36,492 nucleotides of DNA, taken from Macrostomum lignano (taxonomy: Eukaryota). Each line of letters opens with the position of its first letter. The stretch's first letter is position 1. Shown here one piece after another: positions 23,385 through 36,492 of the stretch. The stretch covers positions 1 to 36,492 of the forward strand of contig NIVC01004739.1 of NCBI GenBank assembly GCA_002269645.1, in the 5' to 3' direction. Under the pieces are notes generated by a model. It was not told the DNA's origin, ran no database searches, and worked only from the letters and a program-made list of their open reading frames with translations. The position numbers and the translations under genes are program-made.

Positions 23385-24010
23385 GTCTTACAGTGCCTGT
23401 TTATCAGTCCATGTAAGTCTCAGTGCCTGTCTGTCACTGCCTGTCTGTCACAGTGCCTGTCTGTCACATTTCTGTCACATGTCTGTCACAGTGCCTGTCT
23501 GTCACAGTGCCTGTCTGTCACATTTCCTGTCTGTCACTGCCTGTCTGTCACAGTGCCTGTCTGTCACAGTGCCTGTCTGTCACAGTTCCTGTCTATCACA
23601 GTTCCTGTCTATCACAGTGCCTGTCTGTCACAGTGCCTATCTGTCACAGTGCTTATCTGTCACATTGTCTGTCTGTCACAGTGCCTGTCTGTCACATTTC
23701 CTGTCTGTCACAGTGCCTGTCTGTCACAGTGCCTGTCTGTCACATTTCCTGTCTGTCACTGCCTGTCTGTCACAGTGCCTGTCTGTCACAGTGCCTGTCT
23801 GTCACAGTTCCTGTCTATCACAGTTCCTGTCTATCACAGTGCCTGTCTGTCACAGTGCCTATCTGTCACAGTGCTTATCTGTCACATTGTCTGTCTGTTA
23901 CAGTGCCTGTCTGTCACATTGTCTGTCTGTCACAGTGCCTATCTGTCACAGTGCCTGTCTGTCACAGTGCCTGTCTGTCACAGTTCCTGTCTATCACAGT
24001 TCCTGTCACA
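23385..24010 (+). repeat. 16-bp minisatellite (GTGCCTGTCTGTCACA) with a 222-bp higher-order duplication
   Basis: Tandem units. The variant catttcctgtctgtcactgcc recurs at 23521 and 23743. Confidence 0.95.
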
Positions 24011-24166
24011 GATCCGAAGCAATATTGGCCACTTTCCCAACAAGCTAGGGTGATCCAGTTTGCACACAAATTGGCGTGAGACCCAAGAGAGGTGACGGCA
24101 AACAAAGTGCCGCTAGTTGGCGCAGCAAGGCTGTCGATTCCCACATTTCTGTTCCCACATTTCCAG

Positions 24167-24450
24167 ACGGAGGGGACGGGGAGGAGGCCAGGGATTCCTT
24201 CGCCACCATCCCACCCCCCTTCGCTTTCCCATGCACTCTCGCTGCAGTCATGTCCGGTCCGGCAGTTGTGCCATCACAGCCGGCCCTGTCTCCCACTTCT
24301 GCGTTTCGGTCGCTGAACCGCTTCGCTGGAACTGATGGCACGCGCCCAGAGGCTTTGAGAACAAACAAACACCCCAGAGAGGCTGGGCCCCCCATCATCA
24401 TCTCCAGCGCTAAAAGCGTGGTATTTACAACAGTTTCGCATCCTTCTTGA
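24167..24450 (+). CDS. Candidate protocadherin cytoplasmic/terminal exon
   Basis: Pyrimidine-rich acceptor ttcccacatttccag| in phase 1, matching the 19309 donor. GC-rich frame DGGDGEEARDSFATIPPP...SAKSVVFTTVSHPS*. Confidence 0.45.
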
Positions 24451-24814
24451 GTCGATCAACACCCCCACTCTAACTGGGACACGTTGCTCTGTGCACCCAT
24501 GCAGCAGCCTCATAAGTGTTCGATGAAATCAATATCCAGCATTGAGAACGTTTAGTATTAAGAGCATAGTACGGTATTGGCTACGAGAAGTGATAGTTGA
24601 GACAGACTGAGCCGATGTGGGGTTAAGTAGGCATCAGTGATGAGCTCAATCGATGCGAGCGTGAATGGGTCTGCCCAATACAGTCTGTCGTGTCTTTCAG
24701 TTTTGCGCAATTCGATCGTCCGGATGTCTTTTAGCCTGTCATGGCGCAGAAAAGACGCACACAACAGCAGAGAGAATTTTACTAAATCTTACCGTCGTTT
24801 ATGATTTAACTGAA

Positions 24815-25050
24815 AGGTCGGGGTTCGATTCTCGATCCCACTCGGACCAATTTGCTTCAGTTGACCCAGCTGTAGAATGGGTTCCAGGATTAACTGGGGT
24901 AATTGAGGGTGTGTGTGGCGACCCCCGCAGTCCTTGGACTGAACAGCCGTACGCAGCCTTCAGATGCGCCACGCAATAGCTGCGGCTGAGCTGTCGGTTG
25001 CACATCTGGCCGAATGGGTGCAGGCGTAATCAATTATTATCATTATTTTA
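24815..25050 (+). mobile_element. SINE family A copy with an internal deletion in the CORE region
   Basis: Box B ggttcgattctc runs directly into gcttcagttgacccagctgtag; 3' body and ATT tail as in the other copies. Confidence 0.85.
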
Positions 25051-25171
25051 TTTTTAATATGGATCATTGAGATTATCCATTTAGACTAATCATCTCATTG
25101 GGTTCCATTTTTGTAAACTGAGGAGATTATCAAAGCTGCAAAAATACTTAAAATATGATTACTTCGCACAG

Positions 25172-25371
25172 GCCAGAAGCACTCAGCTACTACCGCTGCT
25201 GCCAATTCTGCTGGGGCATCGGGATCCTCAACACTGCCAACTGGTGCTCTGGTTCGCCAGCCTCTGACGCTGAACCTAGACGACGACAACGGGAATAATA
25301 GCGGTTCAGCGTCTGTTGACTTCAAAACAGGCGACAATGTCTACTGCAGCAATCCGTACTTTTGCACCTGA
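25172..25371 (+). CDS. Candidate protocadherin terminal exon
   Basis: Acceptor tacttcgcacag|gc in phase 1. Frame QKHSATTAAANSAG...LNLDDDNGNNSG...NVYCSNPYFCT* looks like a low-complexity cytoplasmic tail. Confidence 0.5.
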
Positions 25372-26149
25372 TTTGGCTCGGCTTTGGTAAGTGTAAGCCA
25401 ATGGATTTTTCATGGCTCTTTCCAACATGAATCAGCATGCTTGATCGTCTAAAAGTACACGAGAAACAGGCCCATAAACACAGACATGAGGGTGCTATTC
25501 GCGGGTGATAATGGGGCAAAGAAAGGGCATTATTGCACTTTTGAAATCAAAGTACGATTTCGTTTAAAGCGCTTTGATTCTGGTATCTTTTTGACCATAT
25601 ACTAAATAAGACTTTATTCAAACAAAACGATACTTCATATTCTCCCCCTACAAACAAGCACGAGTGATGTTAAGAAAAACATATGGCTTTTTTGAGTCTC
25701 CAATTATAGTCTATGGCTTATACTGCCGTAGTCTATGGCCATGATTTTCTTCAAGGGCGGTATATTGTACCATAGACATTTGTGCCCCTGAAATAGCACT
25801 ACCCCAGTGCAACATTCAGTGTGGGGGTTGCGGCCATAGACTGTTCAATTCCGGGTACATAAGTTACTGAGAAAGGTCTGCCGGTTTTTGAACTTCTGTA
25901 GACTCTACAAAAAACCTTACAAACGTATTATAAGCTATATTGATTTTTCGAATGACTGTCATTAAGGGGGTTATGCTTACACTTTGTTCATTCCCCATCT
26001 CCCAGACCCCAATCAGCTAGCAATTGTGCTGCGGGGTAATATGTCATGCCTTCAGGCCCATGACGAGAATACGTCTGTTTAAAAGATAAAATCAATTTTT
26101 TTGCTCTTTTTGTAAGGGCACAGAAAAGCCTAATCCTAAATTATTTTTT

Positions 26150-26600
26150 TTCATTTGATGGGTGTGCCATTTCATTTGATGGGTGTGCCATTTCATCTGA
26201 TGGATGTGCCATTTCATTGATTGGTGTGCCATTTCATTTGATGGGTGTGCCATTTCATGTGATTGGGTGCCATTTCATTTGATGGGTGTGCCATTTCATT
26301 CGATGGGTGTGCCATTTCATCTGATGGGTGTGCCATTTCATCTGATGGGTGTGCCATTTCATTTGATGGGTGTGCCATTTCATTCGATGGGTGTGCCATT
26401 TCATCTGATGGGTGTGCCATTTCATCTGATGGGTGTGCCATTTCATTTGATGGGGGTGCCATTTCATTTGATGGGTGTGCCATTTCATGTGATTGGTGTG
26501 CCATTTCATGTGATTGGTGTGCCATTTCATGTGATTGGTGTGCCATTTCATGTGATTGGTGTACCTTTTCATCTAATGGGGGTTGCCATTTCATTTGGTC
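26150..26600 (+). repeat. 21-bp minisatellite (GATGGGTGTGCCATTTCATTT), ~21 copies
   Basis: Direct tandem repeats. Confidence 0.95.
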
Positions 26601-27064
26601 ACTTTCAACCTCTCCCTCCCTACCATAGCCTCGCAGGGGATTCAAGCCAGGTAGCATGAGCGACATCCAGACGCACCGAGGATGATGAGGGAGGCGCTGA
26701 CTGCCGGGAATCTTTTAAGCATTTTGATTTTCTAGTCGAGATAATACTGTGCGTACTAAAGCTGGGGAATCTGAGCCTCTTTGCTGGCCAGTCCATATAA
26801 AGAAAGGTATCGCTTTAACGCTCGGATTTCCTTGGGAGAGGGAGAGCTTTGATGGATGAAGGAATATGAGCATGAGCTCAGCGCGGCTCGGCCAGGGGAG
26901 CAGGATGCTGTGGCTACCCGCGGATCAGTTTGAGTCGGATTATCGAGTCCGCGGATTGAGACTTTTGAGTCGCAACCTTGCCCGCGTGCATACATACATT
27001 TTTCCTCTCTTTTTTTCTCGTGAAATCTGTGCAAAATGCAAAACTGAAATGCGACGGAATTCAA

Positions 27065-28180
27065 TGCTCTCTCCCTCAGACCCTCTCTCCCTCAGACCCT
27101 CTCTCCCTCAGACCCCTCTCTCCCTCAGACCCCTCTCTCCCTCAGACCCTCTCTCCCTCAGACCCTCTCTCCCTCAGACCCTCTCTCCCTCAGACCCTCT
27201 CTCCCTCAAATCCTCTCTCCCTCAGACCCCTCTCTCCCTCAGACCCTCTCTCCCTCAGACCCTCTCTCCCTCAGACCCTCTCTCCCTCAGACCCTCTCTC
27301 CCTCAGACCCTCTCTCCCTCAGACCCTCTCTCCCTCAGACCCTCTCTCCCTCAGACCCTCTCTCCCTCAGACCCTCTCTCCTCCAGACCCTCTCTCCTCA
27401 GACCCTCTCTCCCTCAGACCCTCTCTCCTCAGACCCTCTCTCCCTCAGACCCTCTCTCCTGAGACTCTCTCTCCCTCAGACCCTCTCTCCCTCAGACTCT
27501 CTCTCCTCCAGACCCTCTTTCCCTCAGACCCTCTCTCCCTCAGACCCTCTCTCCTCCAGACCCTCTCTCCCTCAGACCCTCTCTCTCCAGACCCTCTCTC
27601 CCTCAGACCCTCTCTCCTCCAGACCCTCTCTCCCTCAGACCCTCTCTCCCTCAGACCCTCTCTCCTCCAGACCCTCTCTCCTCCAGACCCTCTCTCCTCC
27701 AGACCCTCTCTCCTGAGACCCTCTCTCCCTCAGACCCTCTCTCCCTCAGACCCTCTCTCCTGAGACCCTCTCTCCCTCAGACCCTCTCTCCCTCAGACTC
27801 TCTCTCCCTCAGACCCTCTCTCCCTCAGACCCTCTCTCCCTCAGACCCTCTCTCCCTCAGACCTCTCTCCCTCAGACCCTCTCTCCCTCAGACCCTCTCT
27901 CCCTCAGACCCTCTCTCCCTCAGACCCTCTCTCCCTCAGACCCTCTCTCCCTCAGACCCTCTCTCCCTCAGACCCTCTCTCCTGAGACTCTCTCTCCCTC
28001 AGACCCTCTCTCCCTCAGACCCTCTCTCCCTCAGACCCTCTTTCCCTCAGACCCTCTTTCCCTCAGACCCTCTCTCTCTCAGACCCTCTCTCCTGAGACT
28101 CTCTCTCCCTCAGACCCTCTCTCCCTCAGACCCTCTCTCCCTCATCCGCTCTCTCCCTCAACCCCCTCTCTTCCTGAAAC
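27065..28180 (+). repeat. ~16-bp CT-rich minisatellite (CCCTCAGACCCTCTCT)
   Basis: About 65-70 tandem units. Confidence 0.95.
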
Positions 28181-28716
28181 CCCTCTATCTCAACTCCCCT
28201 CAACTCAACCAGGGAGAATCTCAACGGGACAGATTTCCTAAAGCCCATGGTTACACGGTTCGTTGAACATTATTTTAATAACTGTGAGTAACTAGGCTAT
28301 CAGTTAGTGTTAGCCATTTTTATAGGCCCGGCTATCTCGATAACTCCGAGCTGGCTGATAAAATATTAGACTTGCACTGGCTTGGGAGTGACTGGGTGGT
28401 ACAGAGGAGAGACTGGGAGAGAGTTATTGGAGCGAGAATTTGCGGGGTCACAGCCTCCAGACAGGAAATGATGGGTTAGTGGTACCGGGTCGTTAATCTA
28501 TAAAAAACTGTTTTAGAACAGAAATTCCGCCGCCCACTGAGTGTAATCTCCGCTCCGCAGACAGCCGCCTACGAAGTGATGCGTATTTGATTAGACTGAG
28601 GATATCCTTGTGTGCGGTGATGCCGCAGAGTTACCTAAATAGCTCGCTAAAGATTTACGAGCTGGTCCATGAAATCATAACTTGTTTAATGCTTTGTCTA
28701 TAAAGTTATTTAGTTC

Positions 28717-29957
<1,241 letters not shown>

Positions 29958-30639
29958 AATGGCGCAAACAGTTCAGCAGCAGCAGCCATCTGAGGCGCTG
30001 GTCAATTAGTTAAGGCATCAATTAAAAGCCCCTCAGGCCATGTTTAAGGGTGCTTCAAACAAGACGTGCGACCCTAGCGCACATTTCTGTTATTTATGCC
30101 TGCTTTCAGTAGTCACGGAGTCACCCCAGATAGCCTACAGAGCTTTTCCGATTCAGAAGACCTCTCCCTCTCTCTAGCAGCACTCCTTTGCACCGCCTGC
30201 CTCATTTGCAGTTGGTGTCTGCGCAGGATTCTGGCAAACTGCACTGCACGGCTCCCTGACCCTGACCATCCGCAAAAGAGATCGAACTGATTGACATCAG
30301 CCAGCTGACGCAAGTCTCTTTTATCCTGACCCGTTAATTTTTTTCTTCACATTTTCAGCAAATTTGTTTTAAAATAAACTTAACTTGTGTTATGCATATT
30401 CATATTGAATATTATATTTTAGATTATAAAGCTTTTTACATTAACATTCATAATGCATATTGTGTTTCCAGTGTAAATTTCTATTGTTTACATTTGTTTC
30501 ATAGCTCGTGATTAGTTAGTTAGTTTTATACATTAAACACTTTCTCGAGTGCGTATTTTCGAGATATTCGAAAGTTTGTATCGCCCAATGCGCATATACT
30601 GATGCTGAAATAGAGACATATTTGACACTGGTGAGGGAC

Positions 30640-31440
30640 CTTAGTGACACCTGATTGAGGAATCTCGGACACAGCTGATTTAGAAATCCTAGACATCTGG
30701 AAGGGATTCTCGGACACCTGCTTGAGGGGGTCCTTGACACGTGATTGGAAAATCACCTGATTAGGGAATCTCGGACACTGGATAGGGTTCTTGGACACCT
30801 GCTGGAAGGAATCTCGGACACCTGATTGTGGAATCTCAAAAACCCGATTTGGGAATCTCGGCCATCCGGTTGGGGAATTTCGGACACTTGAATTAGGAAT
30901 ATCGAGTATCTGATTGGGGAATCTCGGACACTTGATTTAGGAATCTCGGACATCTGATTGGGGAATCTTGGATATCTGATTTGGAAATCTCGGACACGAT
31001 TTAGGTATCTCGGACATCTGTTTGGGGAATCTTGGATATCTGATTTGGAAATCTCGGACACGATTTAGGTATCTCGGACATCTGATTGGGAATCTTGGAT
31101 ATCTGATTTGGAAATCTCGGACACAATTTAGGAATCTCGGACACAATTTAGGAATCTCGGACATCTGATTGGGGAATCTTGGATATCTGATTTGGAAATC
31201 TCGGACACGATTTAGGTATCTCGGACATCTGATTGGGGAATCTTGGACATCTGATTGGGGAATCTTGGACACCAAATAGAAATTCTTGGACACCTAGAGT
31301 GAATCTCGGACGCCTGCCGACGGAATCTCAAAAACCTGACAGGTTTAGTAATCTTAGACGCCCTTGGGATTCTCGGACACCTGCATTGGGAATCTTGGAC
31401 GCATGATTTATAGGAATCTAAGACACCTGGAAGGGATTCT
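30640..31440 (+). repeat. Degenerate ~21-bp minisatellite (GGAATCTCGGACACCTGATT[G]) with a ~64-bp higher-order unit
   Basis: Recurring gaatcttggatatctgatttggaaatctcggacacgatttaggtatctcggacatctg at about 30963, 31028, 31091 and 31175. Confidence 0.9.
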
Positions 31441-32094
31441 GGGCAACAGTAAGTCACGTGACTGAACATTCAAATCAACAATATTCACCTTAATTTTCAT
31501 CGAACAACGTTACTACTTTCTTATATAGTGAAGAGATGCTTCTGTATTATTTTCTCAGACCGTGTGGTTCACTCGGAACATTTTGCGGTCATTCATCGCT
31601 TGTACATGGTGGCGCAGTGCATTTATTAAATATAACTAGTCGCTTTTTTCATTGCAAAAAATCCCTTAAGAAATAATCTAGTACTAAAACCCTCTAATTT
31701 TGTTACAAAGTGATTACAGACTTTTCCCATTTTAGTTAAAATAAATCAGAGATACACTATAAATATTCCGCTCTTTGTACGAACGTAGTTCGTGAAAAAA
31801 GCTCTTAATTTATTGTTTTAAAAATAATTCCACCAATATATGTTTTACTTATATACATGTATGTTTTGAACTTCAAATACAATGCTCGTCTTGCTACTTG
31901 TAGTAGCGAAACTTGTTCATTCACATATTCTTGCTACATTGAATGCTTCATTTATCAATCTAAAAATGCAATGCAGCGAAAAGTACACAACTAACCATTA
32001 TTTCGCACCTTAGTACTGCGAGTACTTCTGTGTATGGATGCTTGATGCGTGCTATATCTCTCTAGCCACAATAAATCTCCTGGTACTTTGAGTA

Positions 32095-32190
32095 GTCACA
32101 TTAATTTGGGGCTACTGCATAAAATTTTGGACGAGAAGTTGTTGTGCGATTCACACCCTTGAAGGCCAACCCCCAAAGCACAGTGTACAT
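32095..32190 (+). mobile_element. Old SINE family B fragment (central domain only)
   Basis: gtcacattaatttggggct...gtgcgattcacacccttgaaggccaacccccaaagcacagtgtacatg aligns with the family B centre. Confidence 0.6.
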
Positions 32191-34696
32191 GACATGTTTT
32201 GACTATTAGACGTCAGTGCCGCTGGTACACCCTGTGGTTCTTGTATCCGCGCTTGTAACATGTATATGCTCAGCAAGTCACGTGGAACCATGCAATTGTC
32301 TCTGAAAATATATAGTTTCGATCCAATTAATTGCAAATTTCGCAAGTACTGTATTGTATAAGCGTGTATACGGTGCACATATATGTATAAAAATTGAAAT
32401 AAAGAAAGATAGAATACGAATGAGATTTTGTCATGGACAAACTCTCACTAGAGTAATAACACCTATATGTCAAATAAGAAATACACAAAGATACGAATAA
32501 CTGAATTTTAGTCATAGCCAATTGCCTTTCTCTCTGGTAGTAGTACGGCAATTTTTGACAGCCATCAGCTGACAAAGATTTTCTCAAAGATTTTGAATTT
32601 AAATTGGAGACGATTGGCCTATTAGAACTACGAAGGACGGAACGAGTGTCCTGTTTTTAAACAAAATACAAGGTAAGCCCAATGGCAGCAGATTTAGACC
32701 GGTCTTATAAGAGCAGTACGTGTAATCTTGGAAAGTGAAGGTTCGAAAATTAGAATTTAGAAAACAGACGGAACCAAAAAATAATGGAAGGCAATTGAGA
32801 ATAAGAAAAAGACAGCCAAAAAGCAATGTAGACAAGAACAAAAAAAGCACCCCAGAAAATCGAGAAAAGCAGTAGAAAAAAGACCCAACAGCTCTGATAT
32901 AGTGTGTATAGTTTGTGTGTGTATAGTTTTGTCAGCAAGACGGCCCTCCTCGTGGCTATACATGTAAGTGTGCTTAAATTGATTGTCAACTTACCACCCC
33001 TGATCACCACCTAGATCTAAATACCAAGATCAAACTAAAGCAGGAGAGGAAACATACACAATGCACTTTGAAGCATACAAAGGTCATTGTCTATTCGTAG
33101 TCAATTGACGACGACGTGTTTCAATCGCATGTTATTCTGTACTTTCAACCCATGCAGTGTTGAGTGACAATTATAAATATGGCTGCATTATGTGTCCCTT
33201 ATTTTGGGCATGTGCAGGATATGCACTGAGGCTGTCAATTTAACATATAGTGATTGCATGCACAGTGTATATAGCAACATGCTCTCTGGTCTCCGGGCTT
33301 TATCTGAAAAGCATACTTACGGTATAGTATCAGCTATATATAGGCTTTTTGCATCCATGTATATTGACCTAAAATGATCCTGTTGACCATACATTTTTTA
33401 GTTTTAAATTGTAACTTTTTGCACAAAAACCATGCTGTGGCAAAGTGTACACGCACGTAACATTTTTTACTCATGGCGTTAATTTTAAATTTGCGCTTCA
33501 GAAGTTACTGTTAACAAAAAAACAAAAATGAATTTTAGCAAAAGTATATGAATTTTTAGAAACAAATTAGTAACTTAGAGTTACATTTCGATTATTATTT
33601 TTATATGAAGAGAACTCTAAAAGAGAATAATTTAGGTTTTGGACGACGGGGACGGATGGATGATGTCCTTCCTTCCATTCTTCATTCCACGGAACAATTG
33701 TGAACACTGAATAATGCATAACTGTATGAAGACGGATAAAGTAATATTGAATAGCTTTGAACCTGCGAACTGCACGCTTAGTCGGATGGGACGGGCGGAT
33801 GACACCACGTTAGAAGGCCTGGTTAGGCTAACTACCACCATCCATGGCATAGGCCTAATTTATCGTTACAACTTTCTAGTTAGTCAAGAACGAAGCATTA
33901 TATATAGGCCCGTAAATTTTCACTCAGATTATTTATGATATTAATAATATTATACAATTTATTGTATTTGAATATTACATAGGCCTACTATATTTATTAG
34001 GCCTATGTAATGTATGCCTTGCAGTTGCAGGTGTCTGTCCCTGTCTTGCCTTTTTAGGCCTATTCAAGTCTCAATATATTTTATTGAGGTGATGTGATGT
34101 ATAGCCAATAGGTGAAACCATAAATGATGAATCCATGAGCCATGAGCACTATAAATCTGAAAATCTAGATTTTAAAAATTAAAAAAATTAATTTTTTCTT
34201 TGTTTAACCAGATAGATTATAACTAAGGGCCTACAGGAGTATTTTGACACTGCACTTTTGAAATCTAGTCCAATAAAATAAAAATGGTATGGCATTTTTA
34301 GTAAAAAAAATGGGCTAGGCCTAGGCATATCCTTGTAGTATAAAATTTCCAATCTCCACTGTGATCTGGAAGGACAAAAATCAGTCATTTTTTGCAGTTA
34401 AGTAAGCATAACTTTAAGAAGTGCCAAACATAGATATCAAGCTGTAATGCATAGGGGGTGTATCTTTAAATGAAAAGTTGGAAAAGGTGGTCTGAGATAG
34501 CCTAAGTCAATATTTTTTTGCATAGGCCTAGTTTTCTACATTAAAAACAGTTTAACAAAACTTGATGATGCACTAATGATGCTACCTTGTCTTTTAGTAA
34601 AAACTTCTATTGAAATTTTCTTTCATTAATTACAAAAATATTAAATTTGAAAAAAAATTTTGGCTCTTAAAGTTAACTCCTATTATATATATAATA

Positions 34697-35173
34697 TATG
34701 GCAGTTTTATTTGTCCGTGACGCGACGAATAGCCTTTTTGTCCGGTGACCGGACGAATAGCCTTTTTGCTATTTGTCCGGTTAAATTGCTAACACAAGTA
34801 TCTTATTTGTTTCGTGATGAATATTCTAGATTTTTAAGACCTATTCTCGTATACTGATTAATATTTTCTTGTGTATACTAGAGTGTTAAGCAAAGCAGTA
34901 TATTATTCAATTCAGCATAATTTGGTAGTAGAAGACACACACTAGTATAACAATATAATAATCAAGATACGAGTAAGAAGTCTTTGAATATATTTACCCT
35001 TGTGGTTTTTATGAACTAAATATTTTAGCATTATCAATCTAACCAGACAAATAACAAAATGTCTATTTGTCCGGTATTAACCGGATGAATAGGAAAGCAT
35101 GGTCAGGATCCAGTAACCGGACAAATAACCACATCGCTATTCGTCCGGTCACTGGACAAATAACAACTGCCAT
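34697..35173. mobile_element. MITE/foldback element with ~40-bp TIRs and reiterated subterminal motifs
   Basis: tatggcagttttatttgtccgtgacgcgacgaatagc versus the reverse complement of the right end, tatggcagttgttatttgtccagtgaccggacgaatagc. The motif tatttgtccgg/ccggacgaatag is repeated inside both ends; flanks are TA-rich. Confidence 0.75.
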
Positions 35174-36054
35174 AATATATATATCACTTTAAGTTGAAAT
35201 TTTGTTCAATGGTTCATCTTGTCATTGTCATTGTCACAAATTAAGTTTAAGATGAAGGTGGTTTTTTTTCAAGATCACAAATTTGAATTTGGCACAAAAT
35301 TTCACCATCCTTTTGGTTATCATTCATCTAGTTATACCCAACAAATCATGCTATTGGTCTCATTTTAAAGCAGGGATAATTTCCTTTCTATTATATATTT
35401 AATTTTTTGCAGCTCTCGAATAGTATGTTTATGGCCTTAAAATAAGCATTTTCCCCATTTTTCTCTATTTACATGCTTGAGTCAGTGGAGAGGCCTAGTG
35501 CTTATTAGTTATTAGTATTGTAAAATACTGGTCAAACACTTAGACAGATCTTAGAGATTTAGTATATTGTGATAAAGTAGGCCTAATTTGTGTAATACTA
35601 TACCAATTATTATACCATTGTCCTTCCTCATATTAGACCAGATCCCGTAGTCCCATAGGAGGTCAGAGAGAATATATTGGGTTGCTTTCATAGGCCTAAA
35701 CAAACCCTAAATTTCACAAATGTCCCTATTGCAGCGAATAGGGGTATGCGCGGATGGTGTCTTGTGCGCATGTGAAATTTTTGGAAATCTATTGGCGCAC
35801 TTGCGCGCCAATAGATTTTCCTGCGCGCACACCTATAGATTGTGTGCGCATCACAGGTGTTGTCTATGTTGCAAAATGCAGCTTTGCGCACTGCAGACGC
35901 AGTGGGAATGCTTATAAATGTATGAAATAACCTGCGTGCACTGCGCAGTGGTAGCACATGATGATGATAAATGCACGAAACAGATCTGCGCCGCGCCACT
36001 TCAGTGTTGCGTGCATGATAGATGCACAAGATAGAGCTGCATTAGAGCAGATAG

Positions 36055-36240
36055 AGCCGCAGTTTGCTGGCTGAAGTTTGCTGGCCGAAGTTTGCTAGCC
36101 GCAGTTTGCTGGCTGAAGTTTGCTGGCCGAAGTTTGCTAGCCAAAGTTTGCTGGCTGAACCGAAGTTTGCTGGCCAAAGATTGCTGGCTAAACCGAAGTT
36201 TGCTAGCCGAAGTTGCTAGTCGAAGTTTTCTGGCCAAATG
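36055..36240 (+). repeat. ~14-bp minisatellite (AAGTTTGCTGGCCG / variants)
   Basis: About 12 tandem units containing agtttgct. Confidence 0.9.
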
Positions 36241-36492
36241 GCCCAAACTCACAAAGTTGTAATTTACTAATGACAATTTTGCTTGTACAATTTCGCGAAA
36301 AACTTAAGTGTACTTATATATCAAGAGTCGGGACTATTAGATTTGCGCTTAATCGCTCTATTGACTAATGACTATCCATTTGTTGTGTTGATTAGCAATG
36401 ATGCAAATCTCTCAATATTTAACTATAAAAATGAAGGGGCCCTTCAAATTGATCTTAGCTTCTATCTCCGCAGTGTAAAAGTTCCGACGTAC

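Noticed and set aside
26640-26990. GC-rich coding-like patches downstream of the protocadherin (similar patches at 30096-30290 and 32600-32890)
   Set aside because: Frames are short or interrupted with no homology I recognise; they may be UTR or decayed sequence.

Overview
Eukaryotic (animal, most likely invertebrate) genomic DNA, very repeat-rich. About 13 distinct micro/minisatellite arrays cover roughly a quarter of the window. The clearest gene is a 7-ectodomain protocadherin (delta1-like architecture) whose large first coding exon lies at 16748-19309 (+), with one 1-nt frameshift and candidate cytoplasmic exons downstream. There is also an intronless secreted PAN/apple + C-type lectin gene (1529-2279, -; one frameshift) and a plausible small two-TM-helix ORF (4989-5357). 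Mobile DNA includes a full-length mariner with 31-bp TIRs and TA TSD (frameshifted transposase) and a hAT-type non-autonomous element with an 8-bp TSD that carries a minisatellite. Two tRNA-derived SINE families (one CORE-type), several MITE/hairpin elements and an unnamed dispersed repeat are also present. Short indels without in-frame stops in three coding units suggest long-read consensus errors. I found no convincing wholly new biological system; the findings are modest, testable oddities. The organism is not identifiable with confidence; a flatworm or other lophotrochozoan is a guess.
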